Shown piece by piece: positions 39,998 through 50,600 of a stretch of 51,672 nt of DNA (positions are counted from its first letter, which is position 1; every line of letters begins with the position of its first letter). The stretch is from Lama guanicoe (taxonomy: Eukaryota). The position numbers and the translations under genes were made by a program. The stretch is taken from the NCBI GenBank assembly GCA_013239625.1, contig MU056032.1, forward strand, positions 1 through 51,672, written 5' to 3'. Below the pieces are notes generated by a model. It worked only from the letters and a program-made list of their open reading frames with translations, searched no databases and had not been told where the DNA came from.

Positions 39998-40629
39998 GGT
40001 TGCATAAAATATTTCATATGTGTAGTTTCAAATATGATATCTATTCCAATTTAAGAGTTTTTTCTTTTGCCACCTTTCTTCATAAATATTGCAAACATGA
40101 CCAAGATTCTCACCCAGAAAATACCTCAATCCTCTGAAATTCCTTTGTGCCACTTTGTTATTGAATTATCCATGAATGGAGATAAGCTTTGTATGCGTTT
40201 TTGAAATTTGCAGTGGTAAATGCTCTCATTAATGTATCTGTGGCTACGTTTATAGATGCAACATTGCCATTGTAGTTAGGAGAAGAGGAAGATACAGAAT
40301 CTCTTTCTCATATGTAGTTACTGTTCTCTATCATAATTATTATAATAATTATATTAAAATATTAGCAACAAATAATGTTAAATCATAAATTTAGGGATGC
40401 TATGTCATTAACTTCTCACTTTTGTATTTTTCCAGCCAAATATATTCTTTAGTTTGTAACTAAGAACATCATTCTATGCTACATGTCATATTACAGCATA
40501 GGACACTTCTGTTAATTTTCCAGACTCACCTAATGAAACAAGTGTCTCTAAGTTCTTTTATTCAAATTATTTTCCGTTATACATTTTTACAAGCTATTGT
40601 ATAGAGATAGCTTCCAGTAGAAGTTAATT

Positions 40630-40674
40630 TTATTCTTTCTTCCTTTCTTCCTTTCTTTCTTCCTTTCTTTCTTC

Positions 40675-40749
<75 letters not shown>

Positions 40750-41029
40750 TCATCTTTCTTTCTCATTCCTTCCATCCTTCCTTCCTACCTTCCTTCCTTC
40801 CTTCCTTTCTTCCTTCCTTTCTTCCTTTCTTTCTTCTTCCTCCTCCTCCTCCTCCTTCTCCTCCTCCTCCTTCTCCTCCTCCTCCTTCTCTTCCTCCTCC
40901 TCCTCCTCCTCCTCCTCCTCCTCCTCCTCCTCCTCCTCCTCCTTCTCCTCCTCCTCCCCCTCCTCCTCCTCCTCCTCCTCCCATTCTTCTTCTTCTTCTT
41001 CTTCTTCTTTCTTTCTTCTTTCTTCTTTC
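40630..41029. repeat. Compound pyrimidine simple repeat (TTTC)n/(TTCC)n/(CCT)n/(TTC)n
   Basis: Seen directly; source of the spurious K/E/R- and G-rich minus-strand ORFs. Confidence 0.97.
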
Positions 41030-41551
41030 TAGACATCTTTACTTTCAGTTAATAAAGTGATGTCCTCTAGTTAATCTAGCAAATTTGACCTCTCTATTCC
41101 ATTCCCAGTAACTAGGTTCCAGTTTTCCATGTGACTCATTCTGTTTCACTCCTCATCATTTTGCTTAGGCTGCCCTTTCTTGAATCTCCTTCATATCCCC
41201 CTCTGCACTGCGTCTGTATTTTAAGACACATCCTGGTCTTCTGAGCATTCCCTGAACTATGCAGATGAAACAGTATTGTCTCCTTAGTGCCCATATTCTT
41301 TATCCATTTACTTGAGCTGTAGAGCCATTGAATGACACTTTCTGTGCTGATTTGTTTTTGTGTGACTCTGCCTCTGATTGTAGAGCAGAATCTGTCTTTT
41401 ATTTTTAAGGCCAGTTTCTCCCAGGATGGTGCCTATGACTTGATAGATATAGTAAATTATTGTTTTCTTACTGACTGTTTGAATGACCTAGTGTATGACA
41501 AGGATATTTTCTGAAGTTGGGTTGTTGTTTTATTTCGTTTCATTTTTACAG

Positions 41552-41712
41552 AAAGCAGCTTCTGAGCCAGAAATTGGGAAACAAGATTAATTATAAAAAA
41601 AATCTTGTGTGTATATGTGGGCATGAGACTTTGGAAAGTGCTCCACAGGAGCCAACAGATTATAACAAGTTGACTTCTGTTGATGGAGCACACAAAAATG
41701 ACACATTCTCTG
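41552..41712 (+). pseudogene. ANKRD26-like internal exon, disrupted by an insertion and a stop
   Basis: ttttacag acceptor; KAASEPEIGKQD* ... LESAPQEPTDYNKLTSVDGAHKND vs ANKRD26 IESAPLEQTNNDNLTYVDEVHKNN. Confidence 0.8.
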
Positions 41713-42695
41713 TGTTAGTGAACATCTATGGAAATTGCTGGGGTTTATTCTATGCTTAAATTCTTCTATGGGAAACTGAAGGGCTTCTGATCAGCAGGGC
41801 CACGATTCTGCATTTCTAACAAGTCTAAGATGACACATTTTTGCTGGTCGTCAGACCGCACTCAGAGTAGCAAGAGGGGAGGCTTGTGTTTAGAGAAATC
41901 TTAGAAGAAAAGCAAGGGGAGATTTCAAGATACAACCACATTAAGGAAAAGCATGATTTTGTTTTTTCTTTCTGAGCATGTTTATAGCCAGAGGGAGGCA
42001 AAGAGTTGAAGTTGAAATAACAGGTGTAAGATACTGCCATGAAGCAGAGAGGAAAAAGGAGTGGTGTGGAACGTCCATCAAAAGAATATAAAAGGGGAAA
42101 GATTAAGACCACAGATCTAGAGGTACCATTGATGCGGGAAGAATACAGTGAAAGGAATGAAGGAGGAAAAAATGGGGCTAATTAGGTACTTTTGGAATTG
42201 ATGAGGAACCTTGAGATAACTCCTTTTATATGACGTCAGTATATTTGCAGTGAAGCAGGATTGGATCATTTCCACTCCAGAGAATTCCAGAAGCAGGGGG
42301 TGTGGTCAAATTAATGTAAACCACATCCACTTCTCATAACTATCAGGCATCAAAGATATATGTTGCATTGGAATTTGTTTTTCAAAAAATTTACTTCAAT
42401 ATGGAAGCAATGACTTCTTTTATGGATAGTTTTTTTTTTTGATAAGATATCTGTTTCACAAAAAGTGTTTTAAACATTAGCATGATATATACCAAACCAA
42501 TGTAATTTTAGGAACAGTAGAAATTAATACTGATTGTTCCCTAAAAGCTAAAATTGTTGTTTTCAGTCAATACTAAGGTGATTTTGAAATATAAAAGACT
42601 TTCAATAGCTAATAATTCTGTGGCAATTAAATTGTTTTATTTCCTTTTTTATAATATTTCAGTATTTAAAACTATATATATATTATTTCTTATGA

Positions 42696-42743
42696 GTGTT
42701 TTATATATCTTATTGCATGAGTAGATCGAGAAACTTTAAGGTG
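42696..42743 (+). pseudogene. 5' half of an ANKRD26-like exon, interrupted by the actin retrocopy
   Basis: VFYISYCMSRSRNFKV vs ANKRD26 VFYIPSCMSGSRNFKM, directly abutting ACTB 5'UTR-derived sequence. Confidence 0.8.
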
Positions 42744-44169
42744 ACAGCTGAGACCACATCCACTCCACCAGCAAAGGCCCCTCACTGCTCCAGTTTGCCA
42801 CCAGGCTGCACCAATACCAATTCAACATGGAAGATGATGTTGCTGTGCTTGTGCTTGACAATGGCACTGGGATGTGCAAGGCCGGCTTTGCAGGTCACGA
42901 TGTACCCCATGCCACCTTCCCATCCATTGTGGGGCACCCCCGGTACCAGTGCGTCATGGTGGACATGGACCAGATGGACTTCTACGTGGGTGATAAGGCC
43001 CAGAGCAAGAGAGGCATCTTGACCATCAAGTACTGCATAGAGCATGGTATCAACACCAAATGGGACGACATGGAGAATATTTGGCACCACACCTTCTACA
43101 TTGAGCTGCATGTGGCCCCCGAAGCGCACCTCATCCTGCTGACCGAGTCCCCCCGAACCCCAAGGCCAATCGTGAGAAGATGACCCAGATCTTGTTCGAG
43201 GCCTTCAACACCCCAGCCATGTACTTGGCCATCGAAGCCATGTTGCCCCTATACACCTCTGGCCACACCACTGACATCGTGGTGAGCTCTGGTGATGGGG
43301 CCACTCACATTGTGCCCACCTATGAAGGGCACGCCGTCACCCATGCAATACTGAATCTGCACATGGCTGGCCGGGACCTGACGGACTTCCTCATCAAGAT
43401 CCTCAGAGAGCGTGGCTACAGCTTCAGCACCATGGCCCAGAGGGAAATTGTGCGAGACATCAAGGAGAAGCTCTGCTACGTTGCCCTGGACTTGGAGCAG
43501 GAGATGGCCACTGCTGTCTCCAGCTCCTTCCTGGAGAAGAGCTACGAGCTGCCTGATGGTCAGGTCATCACCATCGGCAGTGAGCGCTTCTGCTGCCCCG
43601 AGGGTCTCTTCCAGCCTGCCTTCCTGGGTGTGGAAGCCTGTGGCATCCACGAGACTACCTTCAACTCCATGATGAAGTGTGACATCGACATCCGCAAGGA
43701 CCTCTGCTCCAACACAGTGCTGTCTGGTGGGACCATCATGTACCCTGGCTTCACCGACAGGATGCAGAAAGAGATCAATGCCCTGTCTCCCAGCATGGTG
43801 AAGGTCAACATCATCACCCCCCCCAAGCACAAGTACTCTGTGTGGATGGGCGGATCCATCCTGGCCTCAATGCCCATCTTCCAGCAGATGTGGATCAGCA
43901 AGGATGAGTTTGAAGAGTCTGGCCCCTCCAAGGTCCACCACAAGTGCTTCTAGGTGGACTGAGTTGCCTGCCACTATTTCCTCGACAAAACTGTACTTGG
44001 CGCACAATATAAGATGAGATTGGCATGGCTTTATTTGGTTTTGCATTTTCATTTCTTTCTTTTTTCTTTTTCTTCGTGCTTGACTCAGGATTTAATAATT
44101 GGAATGTTGAAGGTGATAGCATTCAGTTGGATTGAGCATCCCCAAAGTTTTACAAAGTGGCTGATGACT
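42744..44169 (+). pseudogene. ACTB: Processed beta-actin retrocopy (5'UTR, intronless CDS, proximal 3'UTR)
   Basis: No introns; 5'UTR acagctgagaccacatcc resembles the ACTB transcript start accgccgagaccgcgtcc; ACTB-specific 3'UTR aagatgagattggcatggctttattt and gcttgactcaggattta; no poly(A) tail or 3' TSD. Confidence 0.93.
42827..43953 (+). CDS. Divergent actin ORF (about 76% aa identity to ACTB) split by one 1-nt deletion near 43154; possible retrogene or recent pseudogene
   Basis: ORFs 42827-43183 ([23 protein letters not shown]...) and 43180-43953 (...[11 protein letters not shown]) join across the C6 run 43149-43154; no internal stops; strong Kozak (aacATGG). Confidence 0.6.
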
Positions 44170-45229
44170 ATATACTTAATTATATATATATAGTCTTTAT
44201 GGCCTTTATCTCATTATAAAACTTAAAATATTGTTAGGATCTATAATAATTTTGAGTTAAACCTTATCCTAGGAATTAAATTTAAAAGATTTCCTGAATA
44301 ATACTTGCTTTTTCCATTTTCATACCTTCCGTACATAATAAAAAATGTATATCAAGTATTGAATCATACGCTAAAGCAGTTGAAATTGTGAAGAATATAG
44401 AAGTAATGGCCACTGATTTAGATTCATGGAAGGTGTAATCATTTCCAGTGGTTCAAAATGTGCAGTTTCCTATTACCAGGCATTGATGCCAAGATGATAG
44501 ATTTCTTCTGTCTTGTGAACTCTATGTAATTGACTTCAGAATTTACAATCAAGGAAGAATGGGGGTCATAGAGTCCACCCAATGGCCGATTAAGAGAATC
44601 ACCCCTTCCAGGATTGGACCTTTGTTGTTAGGGAACAAACAGTAACTTTCTGCTTTACTTCACTTCAGGCTAGGAAATTGGTAAATATTATGAAAAATTA
44701 TTTGATTCACTCTCATTAGTGGGTACTAGATATAACTCAATGGAAGTAGACAATGCATTGTGATATATAACACTATCATAGTATATAATTTGTAGTAAAA
44801 TTTAGGAATGCATTCCTCTTTCTGGTTGAGGTTAATTGATATTGGCTCCTAGTAATTTAGAGATTGCCCATTTTTCTGTTATTAATCCTTAAAAAAAACT
44901 TTACATGCACTGGGGGGCACTCACTATTTAATGAATTAGATGTGAAACTTTTTTAATGAGGAAGCCTTTGTAACATTAAAACCCACCTCCTCATTAATTC
45001 TTGGTAGATTTCAGATGTATGAATTGTTTAGTTGAAACAAACAATGACAAAGTTAGATCAGTGAGTTCATGTTTTTCTCCTATGTAAAGCTAAGGCAAGT
45101 TGCTTTTCAATTCTTAGTTTGTGAGTAGCTCAGCTTAGGTTAAGTAGTTTGTTAACTTTTAATTATTTCCTAAATTTTCTTTTCCTGTACCTGATTACTT
45201 TTTTGTTTTACAAATATATGCCCTGACAG

Positions 45230-46217
45230 AAAAGACATCTGGAAATCAAATCAAGCAAATTATCTTCCCTTTTTGCATCTTCAAAAACTGCCTCAAGAAC
45301 CAGGAATGAATAAGGAACATGATAGAGAGGATATCTCTGTGTATTCAGGGTGTTGTTGTGTGGAAATTTATGAGGACACGTGGCTCAAACAAGGCAAATT
45401 AGAGTGGGGAAATAATATAAAACTCATCACAAATGAGTTAACATGGAAAATGGGGTAATACCTTCCAATCTAACACATAATATACTTGATTGTGAAGGAA
45501 AAGATACATTGGGAACCTCTGTCTCTGCAGTATTCCAGGCATCTCCTGAACACAAAGAGCCCAGTGTTAAAAATTTTTTTCCTTCTTACTCCAACATTAA
45601 GTCCCCAAAATACACTTGCCAGGTGTCTTCAAAACTTCATTTCGATGAAAATAAATTAGACTATCAACCTGAAATGGACACTGAACCTGCTTTTCACCAA
45701 AAATGAGGAGAATTTTTATAATGATATACAAAATAAAATGTAAGGAACCCAGTAGCTGCATTTGAAGTGAAAGATGACCAAGAGTTTGATATACAAATGA
45801 TACTAAATAGGAACCAAAATGCCACTAACTGGAAATCAGCCATGGGACACACAAACATCAGTGTAGTTATCCAAGAAACCTTTTTGGTTTGTGGCTTGCT
45901 CACTCCAGTGAGATGAAACACATGATTCAAAAAAAAAAAAAAGAAAAAATTCATATTTCTGCTGTTTGAAATACTTACAAGAAAACCAAACCAATACAAA
46001 CAGGTTCCAGAAGCCGCTGCTTGTAGATAGCTGTGGTGATAATAATTCTAAAATCATGGACACTGAATTAGAATATATGAGTTCTTCTCCATTGAATCAT
46101 TACAGAACATTCAAAGTATATCTAAATGAAGTACTACAGCACTATGTGCAAAAGTTTAAGTGTGAGATAGGTGGCTTAAAAATAGAAAAAAAAATTCAGC
46201 TTCAAAAAGAGATGGAG
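45230..46217 (+). pseudogene. ANKRD26/CCDC144-family large exon, multiply disrupted
   Basis: ctgacag acceptor; ORFs 45273, 45443 and 45966 match CCDC144A segments (QEPEMAKDCDREDI..QGKLEWKN; IPFNLTNNIPGCE..KLD; VYLHEELQQDMQKFK) in different frames, with deletions. Confidence 0.88.
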
Positions 46218-46773
46218 GTTCATATGCTTCCACTTTGATTTTTCTCATTATCAATGATCTGATCCATTCTGATCCATATCTGATCTGATTTTCTGTTTGT
46301 GAAAATAGCCTATGTATTTAGTGGGGTCATCTAAATATGTAATTGCATAGAAATAGATGGTTTCTGCCATCTAAATAATAACAAATTGGGAAAATAATCT
46401 CCTATTTTTTTTTTTTTGTTTCTTAGTCAAGCTAAGTCCCTCTGTCATTCTTTCATATGAACAGGGAAAGTAATTTAGCTGGCTAGTATGTGACTTTCTG
46501 AGCCAGAATAAACACAAATGAAATTACTTAAGAAATGTAACAAACACATTTTTTTCCCAAATCTATGAGCTTAAATATAAGTTGGATTTCTGTGGAATGA
46601 GAAAATAGTGGTGACTGAGAGAAGGCATGGAATCACATATTCTCACTAAACTGATCTGTGTGTTGTGCTTTAGTGAATGCAGGCTTATCTGCTTTACTAA
46701 ACAATCGGCACTTAGAATTCCATCACTGCCACTTTGAGATATTTGTTAAAATAAATACATGTGCTCCCACCTA

Positions 46774-47616
46774 TTTTTTTAACTTTTTTATTGATTTATT
46801 ATCATTTTATAATGTATCAATTTCCAGTGCATAGCCCAATTTTTCAGTTATAAATGAACCTACATATATTCATTGTTGCATTCTGTTTCACAGTGAGCTA
46901 CCACAAGATCTTGAATATATTTCCCTGTGCTTTATATGATAATCTTGTTTTCTATTCTATATAAAGCTGCCAGTATCTACAAATTTCAAACTCCCAGCCT
47001 GTCCCTTCCCACCCCATCCCACCGAGCAACCACAAGTTTGTATTTTATGTCTATAAGTCTGTTCCTGTTCTGTATTTATGTTCATTTGTCTTTTTTCTTC
47101 TTTCTTTCTTTCTTCCTTTCTTTCTTTCTTTCTTCTTTAGATTCCACATATAAGCAATCTCATATTGTATTTTTCTTTCTCTTTCTGGCTTACATCACTT
47201 CGAATGACATTCTCCAGGGACATTCAAGTTGCTTCAGATGGTGTTATGTTGTCGTTTCTATGGCTGAATAGTATTTCATTGTATAAATATATGAAATCTT
47301 CTTTATCCAGTCATATGCTGATGGACATTTTGACTGTTTCCATGTCTGGACTAGTGTAAATAGTGCTGCTAGGAACATTGGGGTGCAGGTGTCTTTTTGA
47401 AGTAGGGTTCTTTCTGAATATAAGCCCAGGAGTGGGATTCCTGGGTCACATGGCAAGTCTATTTCTACTCTTTTGAGGAATCTCCATACTGTTTCCCACA
47501 GTGGCTTCACCTAACTACATTCCCACCAGCAGTGAAGAAGGGTTCCCCTTTCTCCAAAGCCTCTCCAGCATTTGACATTTGTGGACGTTTGAATGATGGC
47601 CATTCTGACTGGTGTG
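46774..47616 (-). mobile_element. 5'-truncated camelid-type L1
   Basis: ORF 47244-47510(-) PLWETVWRFLK..DPGIPLLG..CTPMFLAALFT is the ORF2 C-terminus; T-tail at 46774; internal (TTTC)n. Confidence 0.9.
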
Positions 47617-50600
47617 CCTTCAGGAACTTTGAAGCTGTTTAGTCGACACTCTTATGATGAACTCTGGATATATGGGCTGCAGAAAATTTGAACAGAAAAT
47701 CCCAGTTACAACTTTTAACAAGTTTTAGACAGCCATAAAAATTATGACTATATTTCAGTAATTGTCCCTTCTCTGGTTCACCTCTATTAAAGTAGAAATG
47801 CTGAGGATGTGCACTATGTCCTCTTTGAATGCCTCTTCTTAGATTTAGTTTTCCAGTTGGTCAAATCAACACATGAAGATATAACAACAAATCTGATATA
47901 ACAAGAGTCACTTTGACTGCATTTACTGTGATTAAAAACAGGAAACTTTTTATTGCATTTAAGAAAACATGAAATCATCATTTTCTTCATAAGTTGTAAG
48001 TTCAAATTGTGACACATATAACCCAACACTAACTTGGAGAAGATACAGCTGGATTTCTGATATGTTGGTTCAGCTTCCATATGGCACAACTGATGTTTAC
48101 AATCTATAGTACTTTGTTTAGAAATTAGACACTCTGAATGGCATTAGATAAAATGTTCTGAGTGTATATTTGAACAGGTTTGGTGTGTGTTTTCTCTCTT
48201 CATTCCATTTTCACTTTGAACCTGACTTCTACAGATAGCGAGCCTTCCTTCAGGTCCTCCTCAGCCTTCCTGCCATCATGCTTTTCTGTCCTGCATCCCA
48301 GACCCTCAGAGGTTTTGTCTCAGTGGAGTGATGGGATTCAGCCTGTAAACCAAAGCACGTTATTGAGTAGAAGCATGCAGACTTGCCAGCTGTCCATCAG
48401 AAAACCTTGAGTCATGGCATTCACAGTGCGGATTTCATGTTTACTTAAACAGAGAGGAGTGCATTTTCTGCTTTTCTGTAGAGAAAGTACTTGTCTCAGT
48501 AAACACGGGGATGAAGAGAAGAGAAACTGACTATGGCTTCCAGTTTCAGGGGCAGATGGAGATCCATGGACCAATTTCAGATTGTGGAGCTTGGAATTAA
48601 ATGTCTTCTTTGGCACCCCGTTGAGTAGAAACTTCTTTTTCTGTCTCTGGACGTCACAGTAGACCTCAGAAAGTACCTATTATCCCAAGGCATTGCCATA
48701 TTTCTAATGAGATTTTAACTTACCTTGACCATCTGAAAAGATTCCTTCACAATTTCCTTTCCAGCTGCTCAGCTGCAAAGTAATACACGAGCCACTTTAC
48801 TAACAAGGGTATTTTCTTAAGAGCATGGATTGAGTGGAAAGGGTGGAGGGAGGTGGTGATGAAAAATGAAACTTGATTGCTTCTGTTTGAAATAACTGTC
48901 TAATTAAAACAACAGAAGCAATAACATCACCAACAAAGAGGAAAGCATCCTCTACCACCAAAACAACCCAACGGTTTTCACTTTGGATGGACCATTTCCT
49001 TTGAAATGAAAAAAAAAAAAATGAAGCAGTGACACCATGGGTGGCCGTAGCTCACGATGCATTCAACCTGTAACTTCTGATTTCTCAGAAATTCACAGAA
49101 AGTAAACCAGATAAGATTAAGAAAGGCTCCAGAGACTAAGAAGTTGGAGAATATTTATTTGTACCAAATAGTTGACTGAATAATGAATAACTATTAACTT
49201 AAATTGCAATAAACACAGTTATTTAACTGACATCTAACAATTGCATTTTTTTCTCCTAACGAGCAGCCTCTGAGAAGCATCTTCACCATACCTCATAAAA
49301 GCATGACTATGATTCCTATATCTGAATAGCAAATGTGTTTTTGTTTGATTTTGTTTGTTTGTTTTCTTTTTAGCAATTTTTTGATCATTTATTTTGTTGT
49401 CAGAGATGATGCTTGTTATAATAGAAGTACAGACACTCACAAAAACAGTTTCCCCTGTTTGGGCAGAAGTAAAGGTTTGATTTATCTAGAAATATTTCAG
49501 TATTTTAAAATAAAGTGATATTTTTAGACACAGAATACAAGGTTCTAACTCAGAATTAAGTTTCCCAATCACTGATCACCTTCACCATCCTCTCCATCTG
49601 TGTCCTCTGGTGGTAACTGTGTTGATATTAAGGTTTATCAAGTTACATCAGTTGACACATTTTTTTTCTTTTTTTTAGAATAGCCCATTAAGTAATAAAT
49701 TTGTATTCAGAAAACCACCATGGACTTTTAGGAGGCAAATCTTTAAAAGATGGACAGGACTTTCTAGAACTGAATTTTTTTTATATATACAAGAGCAGGA
49801 CTGGGCAAAAGGACGTATTTGGAGAGAAATGCAGAATAAAGAGGGTATTCATGAGCAGGGTTTAGGATGTTAGCTTTATGGAGAATAGACAGAACCTGTA
49901 GAAAGGATTATTTTTATCTTTTAGGTTTATCTAAGTTAACAGTTTGCAATAGTGCTCTGGAATCTTTTACTCCCTAAATTATTCTCTCTTCCTTCCATCC
50001 AATTAAGGGAAGAGGTATGAAAAAGCAGAAAGTAGGAAGGGCTTGCTAATCTTTTGGGCTTTTTAATTATTAGCTTATCTGTTTGATTTTAAAAAGCCCC
50101 ACAGAGGAGAGAGCAATGGCAGATTGGACAAAATACTTGACCCAAAGCAGCAGGCAGAGTGGGACTGAGCCCTGTACTGCTTCAGGGATGTGTCAGTCTG
50201 GAGGGAGAAAGCAAGACAGCACGCACAGGCCCCGGTGTGATAGTGGCCGGGGCCTCGGCCATCATCAGGAATAGTGAGTGAGGGCAGGAACTCTGAGTGG
50301 ACACGGCTATGTGGGTGTCTGATGAGATGTGATTCATAGATCAGCTCAGTGATGAGTCACATGCCCCGCTGTGCTGACAGCACAGGTGAGCCAACGGGTT
50401 AGAAGGGTGCATGTGCATTAGCGCCGAGGGGGTCCCAGTGGTTACCTGTACAGGCGAGTGCTTGAGGATCAGAGATTTCCTACTCCTGAATCCCAAGGCA
50501 CCCTACAAGACCCCAGAAGGAGACTGAAAACTATGAATGGGACTGAGCTTTAGTTTCCCACTACCTTTGTGGGTAAGGTGAGCCTCGATAAAAATTGAGT

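Larger units (their letters stand above)
28281..46217 (+). pseudogene. Unprocessed, 5'-truncated ANKRD26/CCDC144-family (ANKRD26-like) pseudogene hosting an actin retrocopy
   Basis: Colinear exon remnants matching the ANKRD26 ankyrin exons and later ANKRD26/CCDC144 exons; several dead splice sites, frameshifts and deletions. Confidence 0.9.

Noticed and set aside
40587..41036. Poly-G, poly-R and KKER-repeat ORFs
   Set aside because: Translations of simple repeats.
42671..42710. TATA-like runs upstream of the retrocopy as a promoter
   Set aside because: AT-rich intron/exon-derived sequence; motifs not distinguishable from background without TSS data.
42782..43943. Long antisense and alternate-frame ORFs over actin (e.g. 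43249-43830, 193 aa)
   Set aside because: Expected shadow ORFs of a GC3-rich coding sequence; no independent support.
42827..43953. Assignment as ACTG1, ACTBL2 or the true ACTB gene
   Set aside because: Both UTRs match ACTB, and the copy is intronless and highly diverged; the MEDD start is a single substitution from MDDD.
44205..44235. ataaaacttaaaata as the 3' TSD of the actin retrocopy
   Set aside because: Weak AT-rich similarity, no preceding poly(A), and the host exon does not resume after it.
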